64,000 bases of DNA from an uncultured Verrucomicrobiae bacterium (GTDB lineage: Bacteria > Verrucomicrobiota > Verrucomicrobiia > Limisphaerales > Palsa-1400). The stretch covers positions 480,001 to 544,000 of the forward strand of contig CAVPOM010000005.1 of NCBI GenBank assembly GCA_963707025.1, given 5' to 3'. This document shows, in pieces, positions 1 through 11,576 of this stretch. Made by a program: the position numbers and the translations under genes. The stretch's first letter is position 1; the number at the start of each line of letters is the position of its first letter. The notes under the pieces are model-generated. The model saw nothing but the letters and a program-made list of their open reading frames with translations, ran no database searches and was not told the DNA's origin.

Positions 1-1712
1 TTGGTCCAAGTCAGGGTCGGCGTGATCGGCGACAGGCCGGCCAGCAGAGCGTTGATCATGTTAGACCCGTTCGGGGTGCCCCACCCGGTGCAAAGGTCGT
101 AGCCGGCAACGGCAAAGTACTTGGTGCGACTGTTGTGGTTGGTGTTGTTCCCGGTCGTTATGTCGTGGAAGTCGGAGGCATAGTCCGTCCCTTTGCCGAT
201 GGCATAGACCGCCGGGTTGATGAAGCCGACCGTTCCCTGGCCGTGGGCCGCGCCGCGTTGGTTGACCAGCGCGGTGAAGGCCGCCCAAAGCGGGGCCGCG
301 CAACTGGTGCCGCCAAAGTCTCCCAATGAACCATTATTGTAAACCACGAAAATGTTATCCGCCGTCAGGGCCACATCCGGAATGTTCCGCATGTTGGTGG
401 AACCCTGGTTGGCGGTCATGCTGATGCCTTGTTGCCAGCTCGGAATCGTGAAAAGGGTGCTGACGCCGCCGCTGCTGGCGTCCGCCTGGCCGGGAAACCA
501 GCTCCACACTGTTTCCGACACCCACGATCCGCCCGGCCCGCTCGTCGCCAGAGTTGTCCCGCCCACCACCGTAATGTAAGGGTCATCCGATGGCTCGCTA
601 ATCGGATTCCTGCTGGAATACGCTCCGCTGTCGCCGGAAGCTTCAAAGAACGACTGCCCCTGCGCGGCGAATTGCAGGAAAATTTGATCCCCAGTCGCGT
701 TGGTGCCGCCGCCCCAACTCCAGGAAGAGCTGAGTTGTTTGGCCAGATTGTCGGTGGCCATGCGGTTCAAAACATCGTTGACATCGGCAATGGTCAGACC
801 GGTGTTGGCCGCTTCATACACCATCACGTTGGACAAGCCGGGCGCCATGGCGATCGCCATTTCGATATCCAGAGACACCTCCGCCACATAATTCGCATTG
901 CCATCCGGGACGCCGCTGAACCCATTGATCAATACATTCGTCAGCGGGACGGCCGCCAGTCCGCCCTGGTGTTGGTAGTTGGTGATGTCATTGGCATAGT
1001 AGCCATCCAGCTCAAACAGCCCCACGCTTTGCCCGGTGCCGTCCAGGGTGAGATTCGGGACATAGGCCGCCCTGAAATCGTTTCCCAGATAAGTGCCGCT
1101 TGGCCCCGAACCGGCGCCTGGCGTTGGGCGCAGCGCCCGATCAATGGCACGGGCCTTAAGACTCATCGGATGCGGCGTCGCGTAGTTGTTCAAGCCGCTG
1201 ATTTCCAGCACCGGCACACCCGCCTCAACCGAAGGCTCCGCATCCGGCGCAAAAAACGTGCGCGCTTCCGCCGGGTGCTGGTAAACCCGCAGCCTGACCT
1301 GGAATGCCCTCTCCACGTTCGCGGCCGACCCGCTGACATCCAGCAGCAGACGATTGGGATGCCGGCCCGTTACCTTCAAACCCTGCCTCTCCACAAAATC
1401 CACGACCTTCTGATAATCCTGTTCCTTCGGACCAAACATTTCTGTGAATTGCCCGCTCGTCAGATAATGATGATAATTGGGACTGGCGGGGTCGTAGAGT
1501 TGTTGGAGCAAGCTGGTGAGACCCTCCCTGTTGCGCAAGGGCAGCCCGATGGCCAGGTCCAGGCGCGTCAACGCCGGCACGTTGCCCACCGCTTGGAGGT
1601 GCGCCACCACCGCCGGCCTGTGCCCAGCCAACACCTGTCTTTCCTCAGCCTGTCCAGCAAACGCCAACAGAAGAGCGGCGGGACAAATGACAGTTCTCAA
1701 GCAAGACAGCAT
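1..1712 (-). CDS. S53 (sedolisin/kumamolisin) serine peptidase with pro-domain, runs off the window edge
   Basis: Manual translation from ATG at 1712 (absent from the ORF track): signal peptide, pro-domain LGLPLRN-like motif and YDPASPNYHHYLT, catalytic EVSLD, ASGDSG, GGTSCAAPLW, and YDLCTGWGTP; frame open to position 1. Confidence 0.93.
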   Translation of the reverse strand, partial: MLSCLRTVICPAALLLAFAGQAEERQVLAGHRPAVVAHLQAVGNVPALTRLDLAIGLPLRNREGLTSLLQQLYDPASPNYHHYLTSGQFTEMFGPKEQDYQKVVDFVERQGLKVTGRHPNRLLLDVSGSAANVERAFQVRLRVYQHPAEARTFFAPDAEPSVEAGVPVLEISGLNNYATPHPMSLKARAIDRALRPTPGAGSGPSGTYLGNDFRAAYVPNLTLDGTGQSVGLFELDGYYANDITNYQHQGGLAAVPLTNVLINGFSGVPDGNANYVAEVSLDIEMAIAMAPGLSNVMVYEAANTGLTIADVNDVLNRMATDNLAKQLSSSWSWGGGTNATGDQIFLQFAAQGQSFFEASGDSGAYSSRNPISEPSDDPYITVVGGTTLATSGPGGSWVSETVWSWFPGQADASSGGVSTLFTIPSWQQGISMTANQGSTNMRNIPDVALTADNIFVVYNNGSLGDFGGTSCAAPLWAAFTALVNQRGAAHGQGTVGFINPAVYAIGKGTDYASDFHDITTGNNTNHNSRTKYFAVAGYDLCTGWGTPNGSNMINALLAGLSPITPTLTWT

Positions 1713-1870
1713 ATGAAGCGACACGCAACCGGCCGGCACGAATTCAAAAGCGCTGGAACATTTGGCTCAACCCTGTTGCGCAGCAATGGTCAACAAGGCA
1801 AACGGTCACCCTAGTAACATTAAACCACCACCGAACATTTGCAACGTCAATCCCCGGCAGTGTCCTCATT

Positions 1871-1926
1871 TGTTGGAGCGTCGAGCCTGTGGCTCGACAT
1901 CGGCGCATAGCGCCGACACTACAACA
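1871..1926. repeat. GTAG-type REP palindrome doublet
   Basis: Two hairpins (gtcgagcc/ggctcgac and tcggcgc/gcgccga) inside tgttg...caaca; the second matches tgtagcgtcggcgctgtgcgccga at 16318. Confidence 0.65.
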
Positions 1927-2173
1927 ATCAAATCAGGACACCGCCCAATCCCCGCTCAATCCTGCGCCAAAAGGCGGTCCCGCAAGGTTTTCCGTGAATT
2001 GCCGCGGGGATTGAAAGGACTGGGGAGCGCGTGCGTCTCTCGCGCGCGCTCGCCTAAATCGCCGTTGCCCGATCAGATCCGCTGAAAACGCCGAACACGC
2101 TTTCTGGGCTGTCACTGGCGGGAGTGGACGGGGCGGACGAGGAGGACCTTACATACGGACGTGCTTCGCCGCG

Positions 2174-2741
2174 TCAAGCCGGCAGGAAGATCTTGCGCAG
2201 TTTGCACTTGAAACCCGGCAGCACGACGCCGCCGGCCAGAACGTCGTCCAGGTCCGTCAAGGACTCGATGCTGTCGGCGGTGTAGATACGGACTTGCTGC
2301 TTTGGCAAGTTGACCAGCCAGGCCAGCTTGGCGCCATGCTCAAAATAGTGTTCCAGTTTGCGGCTGAGCTGCGCCATGCGGTCGGAGGGGGAGAGAACTT
2401 CCACCACCAGATCGGGCGCGCCGGCGAGGAATCTGTCCGGTCTGAGCTCGATTTTTTTCAAGCGTGCTTTGCTCACGAAGGAAACATCCGGGGAGAGCAG
2501 CAAATCTTCGGCAAGACGAAAACCGGTGCTGGAGTCGTAAACCTCGCCCAGTTTCCGGGATTCGGCAAGATTTAAAAGCATCGTGCCGATGCGCATACAA
2601 GTTTTCCCGTGGTTGGCATAAACCGGGCTCGATAATCAAATCTCCATCCAGCAATTCGTATTTATGACCGTCCCTTGGAAGCGTTTCCAATTCCTGGTCC
2701 GTCCAGGTCTTTCGTGTCGTTGTCGGCGCGGCTGTCTGCAT
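2174..2741 (-). CDS. Uma2/DUF820 family putative endonuclease (1-nt frameshift at 2631)
   Basis: KYELLDGDLI in one frame, SPDVSFV and APDLVVEVLSPSD in another; removing base 2631 gives LIMSPVYANHG and a 188-aa protein. Confidence 0.88.
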
Positions 2742-2772
2742 AGAGGGAATCCTACACGAAATGGCGGCGCGG

Positions 2773-4305
2773 TCAAAGGCCGCGATTGACAAAGCGGCGG
2801 TGGCGGGCAAAGACGGGGCGCAAGGCCAGCGAGGTCTGGTCCTGCATCTCCTGCAGTTCGCGGTAAATTTTTGAGTTGGCGGCGATGGGTGCGACGGTTT
2901 CGGCGCGGTTCAATTGCACAAACTCGTCGGTGATCTGGTGGATGGAAACCCGTTCGCCCCGTCGCAAGCGCCAGCACCAGAGGGCTTGCAAGGCCGCCCC
3001 GTAAGCCGCCCCTTCGCTCTCTTTGAGCGTCACCACTTCCGCCTCGAAAATGTCGGCCATGATCTGCCGCCAGAATTTGGATTTGGCCCCGCCGCCGGTG
3101 GCGCGGATTTGGCGGGGCTTGACCCCCAGCTCCCGCAGGCGTCGCAAGCCGTAATTCATGCCCAGCGTCGCTCCCTCCATGGCCGCGCGGGCAAAATGGG
3201 CGGCTGTAAAAGTGGCCTGGCTGGCCCCGAACCAGACGCCGGTGCCGTCCGGAACATTGGGCGTGCGTTCCCCTTCCAAGTAAGGCAGCAGCAACAAGCC
3301 GCCGCAACCGGGCCGGGCCCGGGCCGCCTGGGCGGCGAATTGCGCGTGTGTCAAACCGAAATCCTCGCGCACCATTTCCGTGGCCACCGTCACGTTCATG
3401 GTGCAGAGCAAGGGCAGCCAGCGGTTGGTGGAATCGCAGAACGCCGCGATTTCCCCCCGCGGATCAATCACCGGCTTTTCCGAGCAGGCGTAGATGGTGC
3501 CGCTGGTGCCGAAGCTGGCGGTGACCACTCCGGCGCGGGTGTTGCCCGTGCCAATGGCGCCCATCATGTTGTCCCCGCCGCCGGCGCTGACCAGCACGCC
3601 GGGCTGGAGTCCCAATTGCCGGGCCGTCGCGGCCTGCAAAAGGCCCGCCGGTTGGTCGCTGCGCAGCAAAGGCGGCAACGCGCCCGCCAGCCGGGGGTCA
3701 ATCGCGCGCACCGCTTTTTGCGACCAAACCCGGGATCGGACATTGAGCAGGGCCGTGCCGCTGGCGTCGCCGAATTCCATCACCCGGTTGCCAGTCAACC
3801 AGAAATTCAGATAATCGTGCGGCAGCAGCACGCTGGCCAGCCGGGCAAAATTCTTCGGCTCCTTCCGTTTCAGCCACAGAATTTTCGGAGCGGTAAATCC
3901 AGGCAAAACCGCATTGCCCAATTCCGCAATGGCTCCATCCAGCCCGCCGAGCGCGCGCGTGAGGATGTCACACTCCGCCGCGGTGGTGGTATCGCACCAA
4001 AGTTTGGCCGGGCGGATGACCTCCCCGGCCGCATCCAACGGCACAAAGCCGTGCTGCTGCCCGCTCACCCCGATGGCCGCGACTTCCCCCGCGGCGGCGC
4101 CGGCATTTTTCAGGGCGGCTCGGACCGCGTGGGCGGCGGCCTGGCGCCAAGTCAGGGGATGTTGCTCCTTGGCCCCCGGCGGCAATCCGGCAATGAGATC
4201 ATAAGCCCGGCCCGCCCGGCCGAGCACCCTGCCGTGGCGCGCATCCACCACCAGAACTTTGGTGGACTGCGTGCCGCTATCAATGCCAACAAGGAGAGTA
4301 CGCAT
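2773..4305 (-). CDS. xylB: Xylulokinase (FGGY family)
   Basis: GIDSGTQSTK, GVSGQQHG, GGGDNMMGAIG, PYLEGERTP motifs. Confidence 0.92.
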   Translation of the reverse strand: MRTLLVGIDSGTQSTKVLVVDARHGRVLGRAGRAYDLIAGLPPGAKEQHPLTWRQAAAHAVRAALKNAGAAAGEVAAIGVSGQQHGFVPLDAAGEVIRPAKLWCDTTTAAECDILTRALGGLDGAIAELGNAVLPGFTAPKILWLKRKEPKNFARLASVLLPHDYLNFWLTGNRVMEFGDASGTALLNVRSRVWSQKAVRAIDPRLAGALPPLLRSDQPAGLLQAATARQLGLQPGVLVSAGGGDNMMGAIGTGNTRAGVVTASFGTSGTIYACSEKPVIDPRGEIAAFCDSTNRWLPLLCTMNVTVATEMVREDFGLTHAQFAAQAARARPGCGGLLLLPYLEGERTPNVPDGTGVWFGASQATFTAAHFARAAMEGATLGMNYGLRRLRELGVKPRQIRATGGGAKSKFWRQIMADIFEAEVVTLKESEGAAYGAALQALWCWRLRRGERVSIHQITDEFVQLNRAETVAPIAANSKIYRELQEMQDQTSLALRPVFARHRRFVNRGL

Positions 4306-4424
4306 AAAAACACTTTCGAGCGGACGCTTTGCAGCCGGAGCACGCCAGGGGCCCGGGCGCCGCGCGCCGAGTCATGGCGGCCGGCGCTGCAAAAAGCGGA
4401 GCGCCGGCTGGGAGATAATTTAAA

Positions 4425-4586
4425 CTACGATTCATTGCGCAAGGCGAAGGCGGCCAAGGCGCCCAGGGTGATGACGAGCGAGGCGGCTTCGAGCCATTTG
4501 CTCACCAGAATGACCGCCCAGATGGACACCCAAATTCCAAAAATGACGGCCGCAAACAGGACTATTTCTCCGCGAGTTCGTTCCAT
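4425..4586 (-). CDS. Small two-TM membrane protein (53 aa)
   Basis: MERTRGEIVLFAAVIFGIWVSIWAVILVSKWLEAASLVITLGALAAFALRNES; TTGAAA-17-TATGCT lies 12 nt upstream. Confidence 0.65.
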   Translation of the reverse strand: MERTRGEIVLFAAVIFGIWVSIWAVILVSKWLEAASLVITLGALAAFALRNES

Positions 4587-4704
4587 AAATTGCGGGAGAG
4601 CATAAGGAATGGCGACATGGATTTCAAGCGTGTTGTTGAGCTAATGAAAATTAAATTTCCCTGCTTGTCTTCCGGCCGCGCCCACCGCACACTCCGGCCC
4701 GGTA

Positions 4705-7644
4705 ATGAACCGCATCCCCAATGTCCTGGGCGCCGTGCTGCTCCTGGCGGCGGCGCCTCTGCCGGCGGCTGATATTCTGCCGCCTGGCAATCGCGCCGTC
4801 CCCCTCGGCATCCATGCCCTGACCGGCGGCAAAGTGGTCGTCAAGCCGGGCGAAGTGCTCGCATCGGGCACGATTTTGATCCGGGACGGTTTGATTGAAA
4901 AAGTGGGAACCAACGTGGCCATTCCACCGGACGCGCGGGTTTGGGATTTGAAGGGCCAAGTCATTTACGCGGGATTCATTGACCCGTATCTCACCTTGGG
5001 CAGCAATGCTGCACCCGCCGCGACGGGCCGGCGGGGAGCGCCTCCGGTGCCGGAGCGGGATCTGGCGTTGCGGGCGGGCGGACGTTTTTTTGGCGTGACC
5101 GGCGATGAGCCGGATCCCGGCAATCCCGGCCCCGGCGCCGATCTGGCCAGTGTGGTCGCCGAACACCGGGTGGTGGAAGGTTTCTCCCCTGCCACAAACG
5201 CGCTGCAGAGAATGCGGGAAATCGGCTTTACCTCCGGCAATGTCGTCCCTGAAACGGGCATTATCCGGGGCACCAGCGCGTTTGTGGCGCTGTGCGACGG
5301 CAATCCCAACAACATGGTGATCCGCTCCGACGTTTTTCAGCACGTCGCCTTTGAGACTGGAGGAGGAGGAGGAGGAGGAGGAGGTTTTCCCGGTTCGCTG
5401 ATGGGGATCATCTCGGTGGTGCGGCAGAGTTTTTTTTCCGCGCAGCATGACGCGCTGGACCGCCAGAATTACGCCAGCGCCCCGCAGGCCCGGCCGCGCC
5501 CGGCCTTCAATCCGGCCTGGCAGGCGCTCGGCCCGGCGCTGCGCAAGGAGATGACGGTCGTCTTCGATCCCAGGAGCGCGTTGATGGTGGATCGGGCGGC
5601 ACGGGTGGCGCAGGAGTTGGGCTTGAACTTCTATCTGGTTTCCAGCGGACAGGAATGGCGCCGGCCGGACCTGGCCAAAGCGACGGGCGTTCCGTTTATT
5701 GTGCCGCTCAATTTTCCCGAGGCCCCAAGGATGCCGACGGACGACGACTGGAACTCCGTTTCCCTGGACCAACTGCGCGCGTGGGATTGGGCGCCGCAAA
5801 ATGCCGCGCTGCTGCGCCAGCAGGGTCTGGAAATCGCCCTCACCACTTTCGGTCTGGACACCAAGGCCAATTTCCGGAGAAACCTGCGCGCCGCCCTGGA
5901 CCGCGGCCTTTCCGAGGATGACGCCCTGGCTGCGCTGACGACGGTTCCGGCCAAACTTTGCGGAGTGGACCGCCAACTCGGCACGGTGGAGGCGGGCAAA
6001 ATGGCCGATTTGACGGTGGTTTCCGACAAGGGGTATTTCGACTTGGACGCGAAGATAAAATCGGTCTGGATTGACGGCAAATTCTATCGGATTGACACCG
6101 ATGAAACCAACGCGCCCGCGGGGGAAGGGACCACCAATGCGGCGGCTGCCACCGCCAACCCACCCGGACGCGGCCGAGGCAACAGGGGCGGCCGCGGCGC
6201 CGCCGCCGCCCGGGAACTGGCCAAAAAACTGGTGGCCCGTTCTCCCATGGCGGACCACGGACCCGTCCCGGGCACGCCGCAGGTTTTTTTGCTCACCAAC
6301 GCCACCGTTTGGACCTGCGGACCCCAAGGCCGGCTGGAAGGCGCTTATGTGCTGGTGCAAAACGGGAAAATTGCCAAGGTGGGAAAAGGCCTTCCCGGCA
6401 GCACCGTCCAGGTTGAGACCAACATTGACCTCCACGGCCAGAACGTCACCCCGGGCATTATTGATTGCCACAGCCACAGCATGATTCTGGGCGGAGTCAA
6501 CGAATCCGGTTATCCCTCCTCGGCCATGGTGCGCATTGGCGATGTGGTCAATTCGGAATCACCCAACATTTACGATCAACTGGCCGGCGGGGTGACGGCG
6601 GCCCACCTGTTGCACGGGTCGGCCAACCCCATCGGCGGGCAGAATTGCCTGATTAAATTGCGCGACGGGGCCAGCCCGGAGGGATTGAAATTCGAGGGCG
6701 CCATCGCCAGCATCAAGTTCGCCCTGGGGGAAAACGTCAAACAATCCGGCGGCGGCGGCGGCCGGGGCGGCGGCGGGCGCTTTCCCCAATCGCGCATGGG
6801 TGTGGAAACCTTTTTCGCCAACCGCTTCGTCGCCGCGCAGCAATACTTGAAGAAATGGGACGACTACACCAACGCCGCCAAGGCCGGACCCGCCGTGCCG
6901 CCCGAACGCGACCTGGAACTGGAAGCGCTGGGGGAAGTCCTCCAAGGCAAGCGCCTCATTCACTGCCACTCCTATCGTCAAGATGAAATTTTAATGCTGC
7001 TCCGCCTCATGCAGGGTTTCCATGTGCAGATCGGCTCTTTTCAACACGTCCTGGAGGGTTACAAAGTGGCCGATGAACTGGCCCAGGCCGGCGTGGGCGG
7101 CTCCACTTTCTCCGACTGGTGGGATTACAAGTTCGAGGTCTATGACGCCATTCCCTACAACGGCACCCTCATGCATGATCGCGGCGTCCTGGTCTCCTTC
7201 AATTCCGACAACGACGATCTGGCGCGGCGCCTCTATGCCGAGGCCGCCAAAGCCGTCAAATACGGCGGCGCTGCGGAAGAGGAAGCCTTGAAATTCGTCA
7301 CCCTCAACCCGGCCAAACAATTACGCGTGGACAACCGCGTCGGGTCCCTGGAGCCGGGCAAGGACGCCGACTTCGCCATCTGGTCGAAATCGCCGCTGGA
7401 TTCCGCCACCGTCTGCCTGGAAACGTGGATTGAAGGCAAAAAATATTTCGACCGCTCGCTCGCGCCCGCGCGCGACGAGGCCATCGCGAAGGAACGCCAG
7501 GCCTTGCTGGCCAAAGCCAAAGGAACCTCCGCCAGCGCCGGCCCATCCGGAGGCGATGCCGCCGCCCAGCAGCAGTTTTTTGAAACCGCCCTCGAACAAC
7601 AGAGCCAATCCGACGACGAAAATGCGGAGGCCGCCATCCAATGA
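4705..7644 (+). CDS. Exported tandem-domain amidohydrolase family protein
   Basis: Signal peptide; two amidohydrolase repeats (GTVEAGKMADL, GSLEPGKDADF); metal motif IDCHSH only in the second. Confidence 0.88.
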   Translation: MNRIPNVLGAVLLLAAAPLPAADILPPGNRAVPLGIHALTGGKVVVKPGEVLASGTILIRDGLIEKVGTNVAIPPDARVWDLKGQVIYAGFIDPYLTLGSNAAPAATGRRGAPPVPERDLALRAGGRFFGVTGDEPDPGNPGPGADLASVVAEHRVVEGFSPATNALQRMREIGFTSGNVVPETGIIRGTSAFVALCDGNPNNMVIRSDVFQHVAFETGGGGGGGGGFPGSLMGIISVVRQSFFSAQHDALDRQNYASAPQARPRPAFNPAWQALGPALRKEMTVVFDPRSALMVDRAARVAQELGLNFYLVSSGQEWRRPDLAKATGVPFIVPLNFPEAPRMPTDDDWNSVSLDQLRAWDWAPQNAALLRQQGLEIALTTFGLDTKANFRRNLRAALDRGLSEDDALAALTTVPAKLCGVDRQLGTVEAGKMADLTVVSDKGYFDLDAKIKSVWIDGKFYRIDTDETNAPAGEGTTNAAAATANPPGRGRGNRGGRGAAAARELAKKLVARSPMADHGPVPGTPQVFLLTNATVWTCGPQGRLEGAYVLVQNGKIAKVGKGLPGSTVQVETNIDLHGQNVTPGIIDCHSHSMILGGVNESGYPSSAMVRIGDVVNSESPNIYDQLAGGVTAAHLLHGSANPIGGQNCLIKLRDGASPEGLKFEGAIASIKFALGENVKQSGGGGGRGGGGRFPQSRMGVETFFANRFVAAQQYLKKWDDYTNAAKAGPAVPPERDLELEALGEVLQGKRLIHCHSYRQDEILMLLRLMQGFHVQIGSFQHVLEGYKVADELAQAGVGGSTFSDWWDYKFEVYDAIPYNGTLMHDRGVLVSFNSDNDDLARRLYAEAAKAVKYGGAAEEEALKFVTLNPAKQLRVDNRVGSLEPGKDADFAIWSKSPLDSATVCLETWIEGKKYFDRSLAPARDEAIAKERQALLAKAKGTSASAGPSGGDAAAQQQFFETALEQQSQSDDENAEAAIQ

Positions 7645-7645
7645 T

Positions 7646-9013
7646 ATGAAATTGCGGACTTCCCATCTGCTTTTCCTGTGGACACCCCTGCTCGTGGCGT
7701 CTCTGTTCCTGGCCCGCCCGGCTTTGGGGGAAACGATCCTGCTCAAGAACGCCACGGTCCACACCGTCTCGGGCCAGGTTTTATCACCGGGCGACGTGCT
7801 GATTGAAAACGGCAAGATTCTCGCCGTCGGCCAGGCCGCCCAAAAGGCGGACCACGTTGTGGATCTGAAAGGCCAGCATCTTTATCCGGGGTTGATCGCC
7901 CTGAACACCGCGTTGGGCCTGGTTGAAATCGCCGCGGTGCGCGCCAGCAGCGATGAGGCCGATGTCGGCCAATTCATTCCCGATGTCCGCTCATGGATCG
8001 CCGTCAATCCGGATTCGGAATTGATTCCCGTGGCCCGCGCCAACGGCGTCACTATTGTGGAACCCACCCCGGAGGGCGGCGGCCTGGTGGCCGGCCAGTC
8101 TGGATTGATTGCCCTCGATGGCTGGACGAGTGAAAAAATGGCGTTCAAGACACCGGACGCCCTCCATGTTTATTGGCCGGACATGAACATTAGCGCCACG
8201 GGGCGGCGCGGCGGCGGCGGCGGTGTCGGCGGTCGCGGCCGCGGCGGCAGAGGCGGCGGCGGCAACCTGGATGAACAGGACCGGGAGCGCCTCCTCAGAA
8301 TCAAGGAATTGGACGATTACTTCACAGACGCCCGCGCCTACGATCAGGCCCGCCAAGCCGCCAAGGACAAGGGCGCGCCCGATCCGGGCCTCAACCCCTC
8401 CTGGGAGGCCATGCTTCCCTATGTGCGCGGCCAGCTCCCCATCATGGTCCACGCGGAGGACGCCCGCCAAATCAAGGCGGCGCTGAAATGGGCCGCGGCC
8501 AACCAGTGCAAAATCATCATCGCCGGCGGACGCGACGCCTGGATGGCGGCCGATCTGCTGGCCAAGGCCGGCGTCCCCGTTATATACGACAACGTTTATA
8601 CGATGCCGGCCCGCGATTTCAAACCCTACGACATCCAGTACAAGGCGCCGGAAATCCTGCGCCAAGCCGGCGTGAAGGTGGCCATCAGCATCGGCGCGGG
8701 AGGGAGGGAACCCTCCGAAGATCCATCCGCGGTGAGAAACCTCCCTTATGCCGCGGCCATGGCTGTGGCCTTTGGCTTGCCGGCGGAAGAAGCGCTCAAA
8801 GGCATCACCCTTTATCCGGCCCAAATCATGGGTGTGGCCGACCGCCTCGGTTCCATCGAGGCGGGCAAGGACGCCACCCTGTTTGCCTGCGATGGCGACA
8901 TTCTGGACCTTCGCGCCAACGTCAAGCACGTCTGGATCGCCGGCCATGAAGTTTCCCTGGAAACCCGCCACACCCGCCTCTACGACAAATATAAAAACCG
9001 CCCCAAGCCGTAA
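7646..9013 (+). CDS. Exported amidohydrolase family protein
   Basis: ATG 1 nt after the upstream stop; signal peptide; DLKGQHLYPGLI, LGSIEAGKDAT. Confidence 0.87.
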   Translation: MKLRTSHLLFLWTPLLVASLFLARPALGETILLKNATVHTVSGQVLSPGDVLIENGKILAVGQAAQKADHVVDLKGQHLYPGLIALNTALGLVEIAAVRASSDEADVGQFIPDVRSWIAVNPDSELIPVARANGVTIVEPTPEGGGLVAGQSGLIALDGWTSEKMAFKTPDALHVYWPDMNISATGRRGGGGGVGGRGRGGRGGGGNLDEQDRERLLRIKELDDYFTDARAYDQARQAAKDKGAPDPGLNPSWEAMLPYVRGQLPIMVHAEDARQIKAALKWAAANQCKIIIAGGRDAWMAADLLAKAGVPVIYDNVYTMPARDFKPYDIQYKAPEILRQAGVKVAISIGAGGREPSEDPSAVRNLPYAAAMAVAFGLPAEEALKGITLYPAQIMGVADRLGSIEAGKDATLFACDGDILDLRANVKHVWIAGHEVSLETRHTRLYDKYKNRPKP

Positions 9014-9060
9014 GCGAAGCATCCGTCCTATCTGTCCCATTGGTCCTATCCCTTGCCGAT

Positions 9061-9089
9061 TTGACACCGCGCCAGCCTCTCCGTACCTT
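9061..9089 (+). promoter_or_regulatory. sigma70-type promoter of uvrB (leaderless spacing)
   Basis: TTGACA-17-TACCTT, 6 nt before the ATG at 9096. Confidence 0.6.
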
Positions 9090-9095
9090 GCCTCC

Positions 9096-11141
<2,046 letters not shown>

Positions 11142-11166
11142 ACGCCGGTCTGTGCCGGCCGTATTA

Positions 11167-11298
11167 AGGCTGTTTAAGAAATTGTGCAGCCGTGAATGAG
11201 GATGGTAGGGCGCGCACTCCGTGCGCGCCGCGGCGGGCAATCCCGGCCTGCCGGGACCCTACCGCGTGATGCGGCTACAGCATTTGTGAAACCGCTCT
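11167..11298. mobile_element. MITE-like element with imperfect TIRs enclosing a GTAG REP doublet
   Basis: Ends aggctgtttaagaaat / atttgtgaaaccgctc; internal ggtagggcgcgcactccgtgcgcgcc...ccctacc; an inverted homolog lies at 46876-47227. Confidence 0.7.
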
Positions 11299-11576
11299 CG
11301 TCCGATGCCATGGCCCTGGCAAAATCGCCGACCCGCCGGCAGCCAAACCCGCGTTTCCCCCAAACTATTTTCGCTTTTGCAAATCCACTTGTTTGGGGGC
11401 AAAACCAGTTCAAAAACCATCTGACCCGCGCCGTCCCAATCAACGTAAAAAACAAAATGATGACCCGAAATCCAAAAAGCCGGCCAATTTGCAAGGTGCG
11501 CGTGCCCGCCATTTTGCATTTTGCATTCTGCATTTTGCCTTTATCATTGGCCCCGCCAACGATGAATCCCTGAATT

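Noticed and set aside
429..1814. 461-aa plus-strand ORF
   Set aside because: Shadow of the minus-strand S53 gene; the same applies to other long antisense ORFs such as 2914-4605, 4651-6477, 11544-13262, 14103-15896, 27288-29207 and 55405-57576
11196..11573. 125-138 aa ORFs in the uvrB-parE spacer
   Set aside because: They translate REP, MITE and heptamer repeats
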